Source of the DNA: Octopus sinensis
Lineage: Eukaryota
Direction: 5' to 3'
DNA length: 64,000 nt
NCBI RefSeq assembly: GCF_006345805.1
Contig: NC_043019.1
Location: forward strand, 32,239,360-32,303,359
Shown: positions 38,346-50,647 of the stretch, one piece after another
Layout: each line of letters opens with the position of its first letter
Position numbering within the stretch: the first letter of the stretch is position 1
Program-made: the position numbers and the translations under genes
The notes under the pieces: generated by a model
Database searches by the model: none
Told to the model about the DNA's origin: nothing
What the model saw: only the letters and a program-made list of their open reading frames with translations

Positions 38346-40103
38346 AGGATATATATGTATATAATGCTTATACAAACCCGCATGTACATAGATGTTTCAC
38401 TCGCTTCTAAAGATTTTGTATATAACCTTCCGAAGTAGAAATAAAATATTAAATTGTATTTGAACACAAAAATGCTTTCAAAGGAAGATGTGATTAGGAC
38501 TGAGGGTGGTGCGGTGAAAGAGGGCAGTGTTGAGAGAGTCGAGGGTGGGGAGGATTGATTATTCGGAGGTGGTCGGTTGAGTGATGATTGAAGGTTGTTT
38601 GTGAAAGCAAAGCCCCAAAATATTAAAAGTGGTTGCCCCTGATTGAATTAAAATAAACAGTAAACCTGCTAGAAGGCCTAATCTTCTTAGAAAATAGGGT
38701 GGACCGTTGGCATCGACCATAAAGAAGGTAGAATTGAAATTGGTTGGCAGTGGTGGTGGTTGTGGTGTTGGCGGTAGTAGTGCTCTTAGATTTGGTGGTG
38801 GTGGTGGTAAGGTAAAAGGAACAAAATAAACAAGGGAGTTAAAGACATTTTTTTTTCTCACTTTTAAAATTATCTTTTTTTTTTTTTTTTTTTTTTCTAA
38901 ATTCCTTAATCTTTTTTAATTCTTTCGACTTTTCGTCTTCCATGCAAACTGAGTCAGCGGAAAGACTCAATTCTCAACAACGTGTAAGGAAATCCTGGTG
39001 ACAGACGGACGGACGGACGGATGGATGGGTGGACAGGCAGGGGGGGGGGGCAAACAAAGAAACCACAATATGGCATGTCAGCTGGAGGTCTTGAAAAAGA
39101 TTCCTCCAATTTCTTGGGTTAAGTGGGTGGATGGGTGGCTGGCTGGAGGGTGGGAGGGATGGACGGTGTCGGAATGCAATTAAGAGGAATTCAACAAGTT
39201 TAGTGGCTTAGGGATACATCTGCTGCTTTCTTCCACACATCTCTCTCTCTCTCTCTCTCTCTCAGTCTCTCTCTCTCTCTTTCTTTCTCCCACCTGTCTC
39301 TAATGTCATCCTCAATCTCCTCGCTGCCTTGCGCGTCGCCCTTTCTCCTCTGGACCACACTTCCTGGAAGTTGTTGCTGATATTCTAGTAGTGGTCGGCT
39401 AGGGTGGGGTCGCAAAGCAGTTAACTGAGATTTTTAGGGAGTGGAGAATAGATTTGCATACATGACTAAATGTGTGTGTGTGTGTGTGTGTGCGCACGCA
39501 TACATCTACACACACATATATAAGCTTACACATACATAGTCATATTTACAAATGCTTATGCATACATACATATATATGCAAGCACACACACACACACAGA
39601 CATACCTACATACACCCTAACACTCAAGCAGACATGCACACACATTCACATACACCTGCGCATATGCACACACACACTATTCCCTCCTCATACACTCCCT
39701 TTTACTCCCTCTGCCTCTTCTCTTTCTGCTAAAACTAGGATCTTCTTTTCTTTAAATTTTTTCTCCAAAACCCTATAACTATTGCAAATTATTCACATAC
39801 CCTCACACACAACTCTTGGTTCTCACACCTATCCTTCCAAGACCACCACTTCTGGTTCTGTTACCAACCCAACTTGAAACGACTAGTATCTCTCCTATGA
39901 TACCAACTCACATATGCCCACCTTTTCTGGTTTTTCGATACAAAATTCTGTTTTAAAAGTGTTCTTATTTAAACTAAAACCTTCCAATGTTTAACAATGA
40001 ACAAAGTTTATTTTTCTATAAATCGTTCCAAATTCTTGAATTTTTTCAAAATTAACTGAAATACACCTTTAACCCTTTTGTTCCAAGATTTTTTTCAAAT
40101 TGA

Positions 40104-40410
40104 AGGCACATGGCACAGTGGTTGGAGTTTTGGATTCACAATCATGAGGTAGTGAGTTCGATTCCTGGACTGCACTGTGTGTGGTGTTCTTGAGCAAGAC
40201 ACTTTATTTCATGTTGCTCCAGGCCACTCATCTGTAGAAAGGAGTTGCAACGTCATAGGTGCCAAGCTGTATTAGCCTTTGCTTTTCCCTTGGATAACAT
40301 CAGTGGCATAGAGACGAGAGGCTGGTATGCATGGGCAACTACTATCTTCCATAAACAACTTTGTCCAGGCTTGTTCCTTGGAGGGTAACTTTCTAGGTGC
40401 AATCCCATGG
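40104..40410 (+). mobile_element. tRNA-derived SINE family F
   Basis: ggcacatggcacagtggtt..gagttcgattcc..gttcttgagcaagacactttatttc. Related copies are at 45202-45390 and about 53380-53455. Confidence 0.75.
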
Positions 40411-40472
40411 TCATTCATTACCTACCTTTCAAACTACACAGCTTTTCTATATTTAAGAGATGAGGAATTATA

Positions 40473-40819
40473 TACATTATTTAGATTCGATGGGATATTT
40501 GTCCTCATCTTGTTTCTTGCTAACACAACATTTCGGCTGATATACCCCACAGCCTTCATCAAGTGTCTTGGGGAAATTTCGAACCTGGGCATATGGCATA
40601 GTGGTTAAAAGTGCAGGCTACTAACCCCAAGATTCCGAGTTCAATTCCAAACAGTGACCTGAACACTAAGAATAATAATAACATTGAAAATGAGAACCCA
40701 GGTTCGAAATTTCCCCAAGACACATGAAGAAGGCAGGAGGGTGTATCAGTCGAAACCTGAAACATTGTGTGAACAACAAGCAGGATGAGGGCAAATATCC
40801 CTTGAATGTAAATAATGTA
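40473..40819. mobile_element. Inverted-repeat element: ~117-bp arms with hammerhead motifs around a tRNA-derived Pol III cassette
   Basis: Arm 40473-40589 is the reverse complement of about 40697-40819. The spacer has an A box TGGCATAGTGG (40594-40604), a B box GTTCAATTCC (40639-40648) and a short (AAT)n. Confidence 0.75.
40522..40567 (-). ncRNA. Type-I hammerhead ribozyme motif (family 3) in the left arm of an inverted-repeat element
   Basis: Minus strand reads GACAC-TTGATGA-A-GGCTG tggggtatat CAGCC-GAAA-TGTT-GTGTT. A more degenerate copy lies on the + strand at about 40717-40771. Confidence 0.65.
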
Positions 40820-41831
40820 AATAATACACCGCTTTTGTTTCATTCAATTTCGCAAGTAACAAATAATTTGATAATACCATTGTCCTGTATTAACCCTTAT
40901 GATGTCAACCTGCCTAAAACTGCCCTTCTATTCTATGAAACAAATTTTTTTGTTTTAAAGTCATCTGAATTAAAATCTAATAATACATCATGTTAATTTA
41001 TGTTCCAAATGCCATCTGAATCAGTGGTTCTTGACCCTTTTTTTTTTTTTTTTTTTTTTTCCCACTTTGATTTCATGTTGCTCCAGGCCACTCTCCTGGA
41101 TCCCCATAGCCATTCAGTGTTTTTTAAAAAAATTCCTATTGTATTTCGTTTTTGGATTTGGTTTGCAAGATTCTTTATGTGAGTTCATGTGTTGAGGCAT
41201 ATTCTGTTGTGTCTGGGGAGAGTCATTCTCTTTTGGTGTCTTATAATTTAACAAACTCACCCTTAAAATTTCCACTTATTTCTTTTTTATTTTTCTAAAA
41301 TTTTCGTTGCATCTCGCAAATTTTTCAATAATTTTGACTTTCCTATTGTATTTTTATAGCTAAATATTCTTAGGAATTGTATAAAGAAAAAAATGTTGAA
41401 ATATTTGTGTATTGTAAGAAGATACCAATTCATTGCATATAAATTTTAGCAACACATTGTTATCTTTTTTATTACCTAGGGGCCCCTATGATTTATATTT
41501 AACTTTTCTGGGTCCCCATAACCATTCAGTCTATTAAAAAATTAAAAAATCCCATTATATTTTTATGGTTAAATATTCTTTGGAACATAGATGCAGATGT
41601 GGTTGTGTGGTAAGAAGCTTGCTTCCCAACCATATTGTTCTGCGTTCAGTCCCACTGCGTGGCACCTTGGACAAGTGTCTTCTACTATAGCCTTGGGCCA
41701 ATGACTGTTTTCGTTGATTGTGTTTATATATATCGTTTGTGTCCACCTGGATTTCCTCCATTGTAATAACGCTTTGGGTGTTTATTGATGTATTATTAAT
41801 TAAGCTCTTAATTTACTGTGCCTATACTTTT

Positions 41832-41880
<49 letters not shown>

Positions 41881-43271
41881 TATACATATATATACATATA
41901 CACATATATACTTATACATATATATCTATATATATATGTCATTTAATGTCCCATTTCCATGGGTTGGACAGTTTGGGAGGTGCTGAGCAGCTGAAGGGCT
42001 GTTCAGGCTCCATCTCTGTTTTGTTGTAGTTTCTACAGCTGGATGCCCCCTCCTAACACCAACCACTTCACAGAGTGTACTGGGTGCTTTTACACAGCAC
42101 CGGCATGGGTGCTTTTTACGTGGTGCCAGCACCTATGAGTCTGCAAGTTTAGGGCTGCTTGGCTGGAGAGGATTGCAGGGTACGAGCCTGTATGCAAGGG
42201 CAACCATGCTTTTACTTAGCTTGACGTGTCTTTTCAAGCGCAGGAAACCCCCAGGGGTCTTGGTCTCTTGTCATCCCCTCTCTTATATACTGGCTATTTG
42301 CGACACCAGTGTACTGGTGATTCTATGTATGTCACTAGTTTTCAGGTATCTACCATTGACAAGGCCAAGGAAAGCCAATATCACATAATTTGGTAGTCCC
42401 AGCAGTAGCAGCAGTAGTGGTGGATTACTTCCTCCTTGCGAATAAAACATGAATGCTTATATGCACCAAAAGACTATATGAGAGGTTCTCTTATGGTAAC
42501 TATTGCAGTATTCTGTGTTCTAACACAACATCCACTTTTAAGTAGTAATACATAAGTGTTACCAATCCAAATATTTTATGAGGTGCATTCGGTCCCATAA
42601 GGAAGCCATTCTCTGTTTAATGTTATGGAGAAAATTTTTCACTGTAAGCAAATAGGTGTAAACACAAGTCAGCTCACAATGTTCCCTTCTCTGAATGGTG
42701 ACTACGTGCATTTCAGGGTGGTTAACTTCTCTTCAGCAGCAGACACCAGAAAGGTAAATGCTACAAACTGACAAGAGGGACTGGTTTATCTTATATTATG
42801 TGTGTGTATGTGTGTGTGCATATACATGTACACAAACGCACACACACACACACACGTATATATGTATGAGTGTATACATACATGCATGAATGGTAAATAT
42901 AGTTTTCAGTTTGAAAAAAAAAAAAAATTAGCAATAACATAATTGTGTGTGTGTGTGATTTAGAGGTGTCAAGAGTGATGTATTGGCAACACCCCACCCT
43001 TACTTCAATAAAACCTTTACTGCAAGTTTGTGCATTCTGATAGATAGATGATCTTCGCTGACAGATAAGATCTAAGAATTTCTAGACTCCTCCTTCAAGC
43101 TGTTGAACCTGTTCAATTATATTGAAATGAACTCCATACAGGGTGGCCCAAAAGTAGGTTTACAGTCATTCACCTATCTCTTATGCATTCATATATTAAG
43201 AGTTTAGATTTTAATTATACAAAAAAATATGAAACAATTATTATATGCTAATTTAGTTAATTGTAAGATAC

Positions 43272-43455
43272 TCTTTACTCTTTCACTTGTTTCAGTCATT
43301 TGACTGCGGCCATGCTGGAGCACCGCCTTTAGTCGAGCAAATCGACCTCGGGACTTATTCTTTGTAAGCCCAGTACTTATTCTATCGGTGTCTTTTGCCG
43401 AACCACTATGTGGTTGGTTAGCAAGCTACTTACCACACAGCCACTCCTGCGCCTA
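43272..43455 (-). mobile_element. SINE family A, internally deleted, just upstream of the 99-nt exon
   Basis: Reverse complement of the family A tail joined to the head. Confidence 0.85.
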
Positions 43456-43600
43456 TGATAGAAATTTAAATGTAATAAAATGTTTTATAAGAAATTTGAA
43501 GTGCTTCTGTGATAACTATAAGCCTACTTTTGGGGCTCCCTATATTTTAATCCGGCCTTTATTTATTTATTTATTTTTTTTTTCTGTTCTTCATTTCTAG

Positions 43601-43699
43601 GTGTTCTTGGTGCCCTCTCATCGTCAGCTGGAGATTCAACAACGTTTGGTGGCAGTACTGACCCTTGGGTGATGTCTGGAGTGCCAACTCCAACAGCAA
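43601..43699 (+). CDS. eya: Eya exon, 99 nt, phase 1-1: GVLGALSSSAGDSTTFGGSTDPWVMSGVPTPTA
   Basis: Acceptor ttttctgttcttcatttctag|GT and donor CAA|gtaagt. Symmetric and open in the frame delivered by exon 15246-15520. Confidence 0.8.
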
Positions 43700-43867
43700 G
43701 TAAGTTACCAACTTCTGTGAAGCTCCTTGTCCCTTTTTTAGTCACCCCATGTTTATAAATAAATATTAATACCGAATGGTGAGAAAGAATGCTCAACACC
43801 ACATTGGTGGATAAATGGACTTGATAATTGATAAGAGATATACAGTCCCACTGTATAGTACTGTATA

Positions 43868-44268
43868 GGCGCAGGAGTGGCTGTGTGGTAAGTAGCTTGC
43901 TAACCAACCACATGGTTCCGGGTTCAGTCCCACTGCGTGGCACCTTGGGCAAGTGTCTTCTACTATAACTTTGGGCCGACCAAAGCCTTGTGAGTGGATT
44001 TGGTAGACGGAAACTGAAAGAAACCTGCCATATATATGTATATATATATATGTGTGTGTGTGTGTGTATGTCTGTGTTTGTCCCCCTAACATTGCTTGAC
44101 AACCGATGCTGGTGTGTTTATGTCCCCGTCACTTAGCGGTTCGGCAAAATAGACCGATAGAATAAGTGCTGGGCTTACAAAGAATAAGTCCCGGGGTCGA
44201 GTTGCTCGACTAAAGGCGGTGCTCCAGCATGGCCGCAGTCAAATGACTGAAACAAGTAGAAGAGTAAG
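43868..44268 (+). mobile_element. SINE family A, full length and little diverged
   Basis: Close to the other intact copies. A second + copy follows at 44364-44698. Confidence 0.9.
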
Positions 44269-45782
44269 TGTCTTCTACTATAGCTTTGGCTGATCAAAGC
44301 CTCGTGTGTGGATTTGGTGGGTAGAAACTGGAAGAAGCCTGCCATATGTATATATATTATTTAGGCACAGGAGTGATGTGTGGTAAGTAGCTTGCTTACC
44401 AACCACATGGTTCCAGGTTCAATCCCACTGCATGGCATCTTGGGCAAGTGTCTTTTCCCATAGCTATGGAAACTGAAAGAAGCCCATCGTATATATGTGT
44501 ATGTATTTGTTATTTGTGTCTCTGTTTGTCCCCCCATCACCATTGCTTGACAACCACTGTTGGTGTGTTTACATCACTGTAACTTTGCAGTTCAGCAAAA
44601 AGAGACCAATGGAAGGATAAGTCCTGGAGGCGATTTGTTCGACTAAAGGTAGTGCTCCAGCATGGCCGCAGTCAAATGACGGAAACAATTAAAAGAATAT
44701 ATATGCATATATATATTATATATATAAATTTCTTTCACCCAGTTGCTGCTGTTATTGTTACTCTGTTTAAAAGGCCTTAAATTTTAGTTGTCACCTAAAT
44801 TGTTGTTGCTCTACTCCCTAAATATTCCAGGAATGTTGCCCTAGTTATGCAAAAAGAAAAAAAAAAGTAAACAAAAATTCAAAACTTTAAAAATAAACAA
44901 AAAAACAAATAGAAGGGGAAAACCATAACTGTCTTTGAAGTGTTGGGTTTGGGGACGGTGGGGGCAGAAAGAATAGAAGTGAGAATGGTGGACTTAGGAA
45001 AGACCATAATTAATATAGTTGAAGGTAATTAATTTTTTTTTCTTTCGGTTTTTTGTTTTTCTGATACAAATTTTATTTTATCACTTTTACTTGTCTCAGT
45101 CATTAGACTACGGCCATCCTACGCTGCTTTGGGGTGTTTCATCAAGCATATCAATCCCAGTACTTTTTTCTGTTTGTCCGGTACTTACTTATTCTATGAA
45201 AGCGCATGGCTCAGTGGTTAGAGCATCGAGCTTGCGATCATGAGGTTGTGAGTTCGATTCCCAGACCGGGCTGCGTGTTGTGTTCTTGAGCAAGACACTT
45301 TATTTCACTTTGCTTCAGTTCACTCAGCTGTAGAAATGAGTTGTGACATCACTGGTGCCTTTCCTTTGGATAACATCAGTGGTGTGGAGAGGAGAGACTG
45401 GTTTTAGTTGATGAATTCAACCCCAGGACTTACCCTTTGTAAGTCAGTCTCTTTTGCTAAGTTATTTTACTAAATTCTTTGTTACATTTTAAATAATTGA
45501 AAGAAGCTCAGAGCATCTCAAAATAAATACAGTAACAAAAGGGTTAAGGGTACACGTCTGTGGAGAACTCAGCCACCTGCACCTTTATTTCACAAGCTGG
45601 CTGCTCTGTTGATCAGATCAACTTGAATACTCAGCCCCCTAACCAACAGAGTACCCATTATTCCTTCGATGGTCTTGAGGTTACTGTTAGACTGTGATAT
45701 TGATATGCCACTATAGAAATAGCTTTTGCTTGGTAAGCCCTCCTCTGATTAATCTCTCTGTTTTATTGTTTTCTTATAACAG

Positions 45783-45872
45783 TTAAGACAGAACCTAACA
45801 CAGATCCCGGGCCATCAGATTCTCCCTACCCAGCAACCACTGCTTCTGGGGACAATCTGGAAAACTTCTCAG
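45783..45872 (+). CDS. eya: Eya exon, 90 nt, phase 1-1: (I/V)KTEPNTDPGPSDSPYPATTASGDNLENFS
   Basis: Acceptor ttttcttataacag|TT and donor CAG|gtgagt. Resembles EYA1 [25 protein letters not shown], with a psi-K-x-E SUMO-type motif. Confidence 0.88.
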
Positions 45873-45952
45873 GTGAGTACCTTGTCATTTTGTTTCTTAT
45901 TTATTCTTATTTCTTTACTGCCCACAAGGGGCTACACACAGAGGGGACAAAC

Positions 45953-46285
45953 ACCTTGGGCAAGTGTCTTCTACTATAGCGTCGGGCCGACCAAAGCCTT
46001 GTGAATGGATTTGGTAGACGGAAACTGAAGGAAGCCCGTCGTATATATGTATATATATATATGTGCGTGTATGTTTGTGTGTCTGTGTTTGTCTCCCTAG
46101 CATTGTTTGACAACCGATGCTGGTGTGTTTATGTCCCCGTCACTTACCGGTTCGGCAAAAGAGACCGATAGAATAAGTACCGGGCTTACAAAGAATAAGT
46201 CCCGGGGTCGAGTTGCTCGATTGAAGGCGGTGCTCCAGCATGGCCGCAGTCAAAATGACTGAAACAAGTATAAAGAGAAAAAGAG
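45953..46285 (+). mobile_element. SINE family A, 5'-truncated, fused to a SINE B tail
   Basis: Begins at caccttgggcaag, after a minus-strand family B 3' piece. Confidence 0.85.
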
Positions 46286-47523
46286 ACGGAGTGTACCGGA
46301 ACACCTAGTATCTTTATTCCTTGTGTTGTGGCCTGAAAATAGATGAAAATTGCAGTGTAGAAGCGTTCACATGGTAATCAAGAGGAGAGAGCGGTTTCTA
46401 TTTTGGGAAGGGAAAAAACAAAAAAAGAACTCGGTGCATTTACGTCCACATGTGCAGGCATGCACTTTAACATTTCCTCTTGATGCTTTCCCGATTTTTT
46501 TTATTTATTTATTTATTTATTTGTATTTTTTTGTTTTGTTTTGTTTTGTTTTGTACGTGTTTTCCTTCTGTTCCGTGAAGAACAAATATGTTGTTTGCAA
46601 AAGCCAAAACAGCAGCAGCAGCAACAACAACAGCAACAACAATTGCCGATAAAATAACAAAGACTGAGCTTGAAAACATTCCAAGAAGCGAAGTTTTTTT
46701 TTTGTTTTTTTTTTACATCTTAAAACGGAACGCAGTGCAATAAAAATATTCTTTAAAAAAAAAAAGAAAGCAAAAAAAAAAACAAAGTAGGCAAGTATAA
46801 TAAGAAAAGGAAATCAACCCTCAGCCCCCAACCCAACCCGACCCAACCCCGCACCGCTTAAAAAGAAAAAAGAAAAAAAAGCGAGAAAAAAACCCAAAAA
46901 ACTCTTAATTAAAGTTTCTAGTCAAGCAAGAAAACAAATATGAAATCTTGTGTCCCACCAATGGGGGCAAAGCAGGGGAATGGCATTTAGAATTGAACTC
47001 CTTGATTTTGGGGTGTGCAAGCTGCAGTTAAACTATGTGGCTACCGGCTGTAAAATGAGTTTGTTTTTTTAAGAACTAACATGTTGGTGTTGTGGAGCGA
47101 CTTGCAGATATTTTCTTGTGCTTTGGGGGTGGAGAGTATCTTGTTTTATTATAATCAAAGGCAAAATGCTGTGAGTGAGGCAACGGCCTGTCTACTCTAA
47201 TTCTTGTAGACTGGCTTTGAAATCTTTCTGGTGCCACCAACAGCCACTGCTTCTATATGGTCGTTTTATTTTACTAAAGAAAGCAGCCAGATCCCTGCCT
47301 TCACAAACCACATTCTTATAGAAAAGGATATATTTATCTGTTATTACTCATCTTATACATTTGTCTGGCTTTGAAATCTTGCTGGTGCCACCAACAGCAA
47401 CTGTTTCAAGACAACTAGGAGGTCTCTATATGGTCATTTTATTTTACTAAAGTGTTATATATATAACATATATATATATATATTATTTTACTGAAGTGTT
47501 TTGCTCAAGAACCACAATGCATC

Positions 47524-47750
47524 GCCCAGTCCAGGAATTGAAACTACAATCTTACAGTCATGAGTCCCACACCCTAACCACTCAGCCATGTGTCTCCACT
47601 ACTGCAAAGTCCAGGATTTGAAACTACAATCTTAGAATCATGAGTCCAACACTCTAACCACTAGGCCATGTGTCTGCATTATTGCCCAGTCCAGGAATTG
47701 AAACTACAATCTTACAATCATGAATCCAGAGCCCTAACCACTAAGCTGTG
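47524..47750 (-). repeat. 80-bp tandem triplication of a tRNA-like SINE head
   Basis: agtccagga(a/t)ttgaaactacaatc starts at 47528, 47608 and 47688. Confidence 0.85.
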
Positions 47751-48137
47751 TTTTTCCACAAATAATTAGTAGTGGTGGTGGTGGTGGTGGTGGTGGTTGT
47801 AGTAGTAGAAGTAGTAGTAGTAGCAGTAGTAGTATATAACTAATTAAGCTCAGCAAAGCAGAAACTGGTGTAGCAGTGGTAATTGAATAGTCACTGAGAG
47901 GAGACAGCATGTCTGTGGGTTAGAAGAGAGTCTTTCACCTTTTAACTGTGAAATTAAATTTCATGGTTATTCCTGAAATGATGTTCAACATCTACCAAAA
48001 CAAACAGAATTGGTATTTTCTGCCAGTCACTTTGCTTCAATAAACTTGGCATATCTTGACATAAAGAGAAAGTAGCTTCAAACATGACATTCCTCAACAA
48101 AGATAATTGGTGTGTGTATATGTGTGTGTGTGTATAT

Positions 48138-48190
<53 letters not shown>

Positions 48191-48751
48191 CTACATTCTG
48201 AAGTTAGGGGTAAGGAAATTCTGAGTGGAAATATCTGATTTCTGCAGTAAAGGAGTTAAAATAAAAGTAAGGGACATAGGATAATCTGGTCGTGAATTCA
48301 GTATGTCTGGAAAAAAAAAGTAGGACAGTCATGGCTGGAATGTCTTTGATCATAGGTTTGACAAGGTCCCTTAACCCTTTCACTGTGAAATTAAATTTCA
48401 TGGTTATTCTTCTAGTAATGATGTTAAATATCTGCCAAACAGATAAAATTGGTAATTTCTGCATTCTGCAGGCCATGTTGCCTCAATGAACATGACATAT
48501 ATCTCAGTAAGAGATAGTTCCAAACATGACATTCCCCCAAGAAAAGATAGATTGATACATAGAACTGCTTTCTGCCGTTAAGGGTAATGAAATATTGAGG
48601 TGGGTGTCTCTGATTGGTTACTACCGTAAAAGGGTTGACAAATAGTTGGCCGGCCAGCCTTCAACTGGATTCAGAGTCTTTGATGTTTGCCCATGTAGCA
48701 GCACCTCAACCATCCTGAATGCATGTAAGAAATATTCTCTTGAGAGACTTC

Positions 48752-48937
48752 TCTTTACTCTTTTCAGTCATTTGACTGCGGCCATGCTGGAGCACCACCT
48801 TTAATTGAGCAATTCGACCCCGGGACTTATTCTTTTGTAAGCTCAGTACTTATCCTATTGGTCTCTTTTGCCGAACTGCTAAGTAACGGGGACATAAACA
48901 CACCAGCATCGGTTGTCAAGCAATGCTAGGGTGACAA

Positions 48938-48968
<31 letters not shown>

Positions 48969-49139
48969 CATATATACGACGGGCTTCTTTCAGTTTCCGT
49001 CTGCCAAATCCACTCACAAGGCTTTGGTCGGCCCGAGGCTATAATAGAAGACACTTGCCCAAGGTGCCATGCAGTGGGACTGAACCCGGAACCATGTGGT
49101 TGGTTAGCAAGCTACTTACCACACAGCCACTCCTGCGCC
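48752..49139 (-). mobile_element. SINE family A, full length
   Basis: Reverse complement of family A. It ends about 90 bp before the 49230 exon. Confidence 0.9.
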
Positions 49140-49229
49140 TTTTTTTTTTGTTCTTTTTTCTTTTCTTTTTTGTAAGGAGGTCAGCTACTGATTTTTCAGC
49201 ATTTATTTATTTTTATTTTCCTATTTCAG

Positions 49230-49293
49230 GTGATCCTAGTAAAAGTTCCACAGAATATCAGAATTCAAATTATCCACCAAATTATTTCAACAG
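49230..49293 (+). CDS. eya: Eya exon, 64 nt, phase 1-2: GDPSKSSTEYQNSNYPPNYFN(S)
   Basis: Acceptor ttttcctatttcag|GT and donor CAG|gtaaga. The phase matches both neighbouring exons. Confidence 0.85.
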
Positions 49294-50239
49294 GTAAGAC
49301 ACACATATCCATATATATACATATAAGTCTGCCTATTTCCTTTGGCTGTAAATTTTGGTCTGAAAAATTCAATTTATAAAATGGAATATACAGTAGTTTT
49401 GTGGGACTTTTTGCTAGTCCTTAAGCCTTTAGTATTTAGATTAGTCTGTCAAATATATTACTTGTTTCTTCGCATTCATCATCATCACCGTCGTTTAATG
49501 TCCGCTTTCCATGCTAGCATGGGTTGGACGGTTTAACTGAGGGCTGGCAAGCCAGAAGTCTGCACCAGGCTCCAATCTGATCTGGCAAAGTTTCTACAGC
49601 TGGATGCCCTTCTTAACGCCGCCAACCACTCCAAAAGTGTAGTGGGTGCTTTTTACCTGTCACCAGCACAATGGCCAGTAAGGCAGCACTGGCAACAACC
49701 ACACTCAAATGGTGCTTTTTACATGCCCGAATTCCCCTCTCTCTCTCTTTCGGAGAGGCACTGAGCATCTACACGCACACATACATACACGGCAGTAACT
49801 TCCGCCTACCGAATTCAATCACAAAGCTTCGGTCGACTCGGGGCTATAGTGGAAGACACCTGCCCAAAGTGCCATGCAGTGGGACTGAACCCGAAACCAT
49901 GTAGCTAGGAAGCAAGCTCCCTAACCACACAGCCATGCCCGCGCCTACAATTAATTATACATAATCCTTGTAGCTTTGAAATTTCAAATGGTGCATTTGT
50001 GTTTTTTTTAGAATGACATTTGCAAGTAATTGTGAGAGGCGTGATCTGGTCAGTTTTAACACATAAAAAATATAGACTATTTGGGCCTGATATGGCTAGT
50101 TTGAATGCAAAGGGTTATGGCAATGCCATGCCTTTAAAACTAAAGGTGTGGAGAAAGGTGTAATGACTAAAACGAAGAAAAGGAATTAGAATGATTATGC
50201 TACATGTTTCTGTAATATTCAAATTGTTTTATTATTATA

Positions 50240-50647
50240 CTCTTTACTCTTTTACTCTTTTACTTGTTTCAGTCATTTGACTGCGGCCATGCTGGAGCAC
50301 CGCCTTTAGTCGAGCAAATCGACCCCGGGACTTATTCTTTTGTAAGCCCAGTACTTATTCTATCGGTCTCTTTTGCCGAACTGCTAAGTGACGGGGACGT
50401 AAACACACCAGCATCGGTTGTCAAGCAATGCTAGAGGGACAAACACAGACACACAAACTCACACACACATATATATATATATACGACAGGCTTCTTTCAG
50501 TTTCCGTCTACCAAATCCACTCACAAGGCATCAGTCGGCCCGAGGCTATAGCAGAAGACACTTGCCCAAGATGCCACGCAGTGGGACTGAACCCGGAACC
50601 ATGTGGCTGGTTAGCAAGCTACTTACCACACAGCCACCCCTGCGCCT
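50240..50647 (-). mobile_element. SINE family A, full length and little diverged
   Basis: Reverse complement of 43868-44268. Confidence 0.9.

Noticed and set aside
38559-38861. 100-aa minus-strand ORF with Pro-rich and hydrophobic parts
   Set aside because: It is driven by (GGT)n, and has no recognisable domain or splice support.
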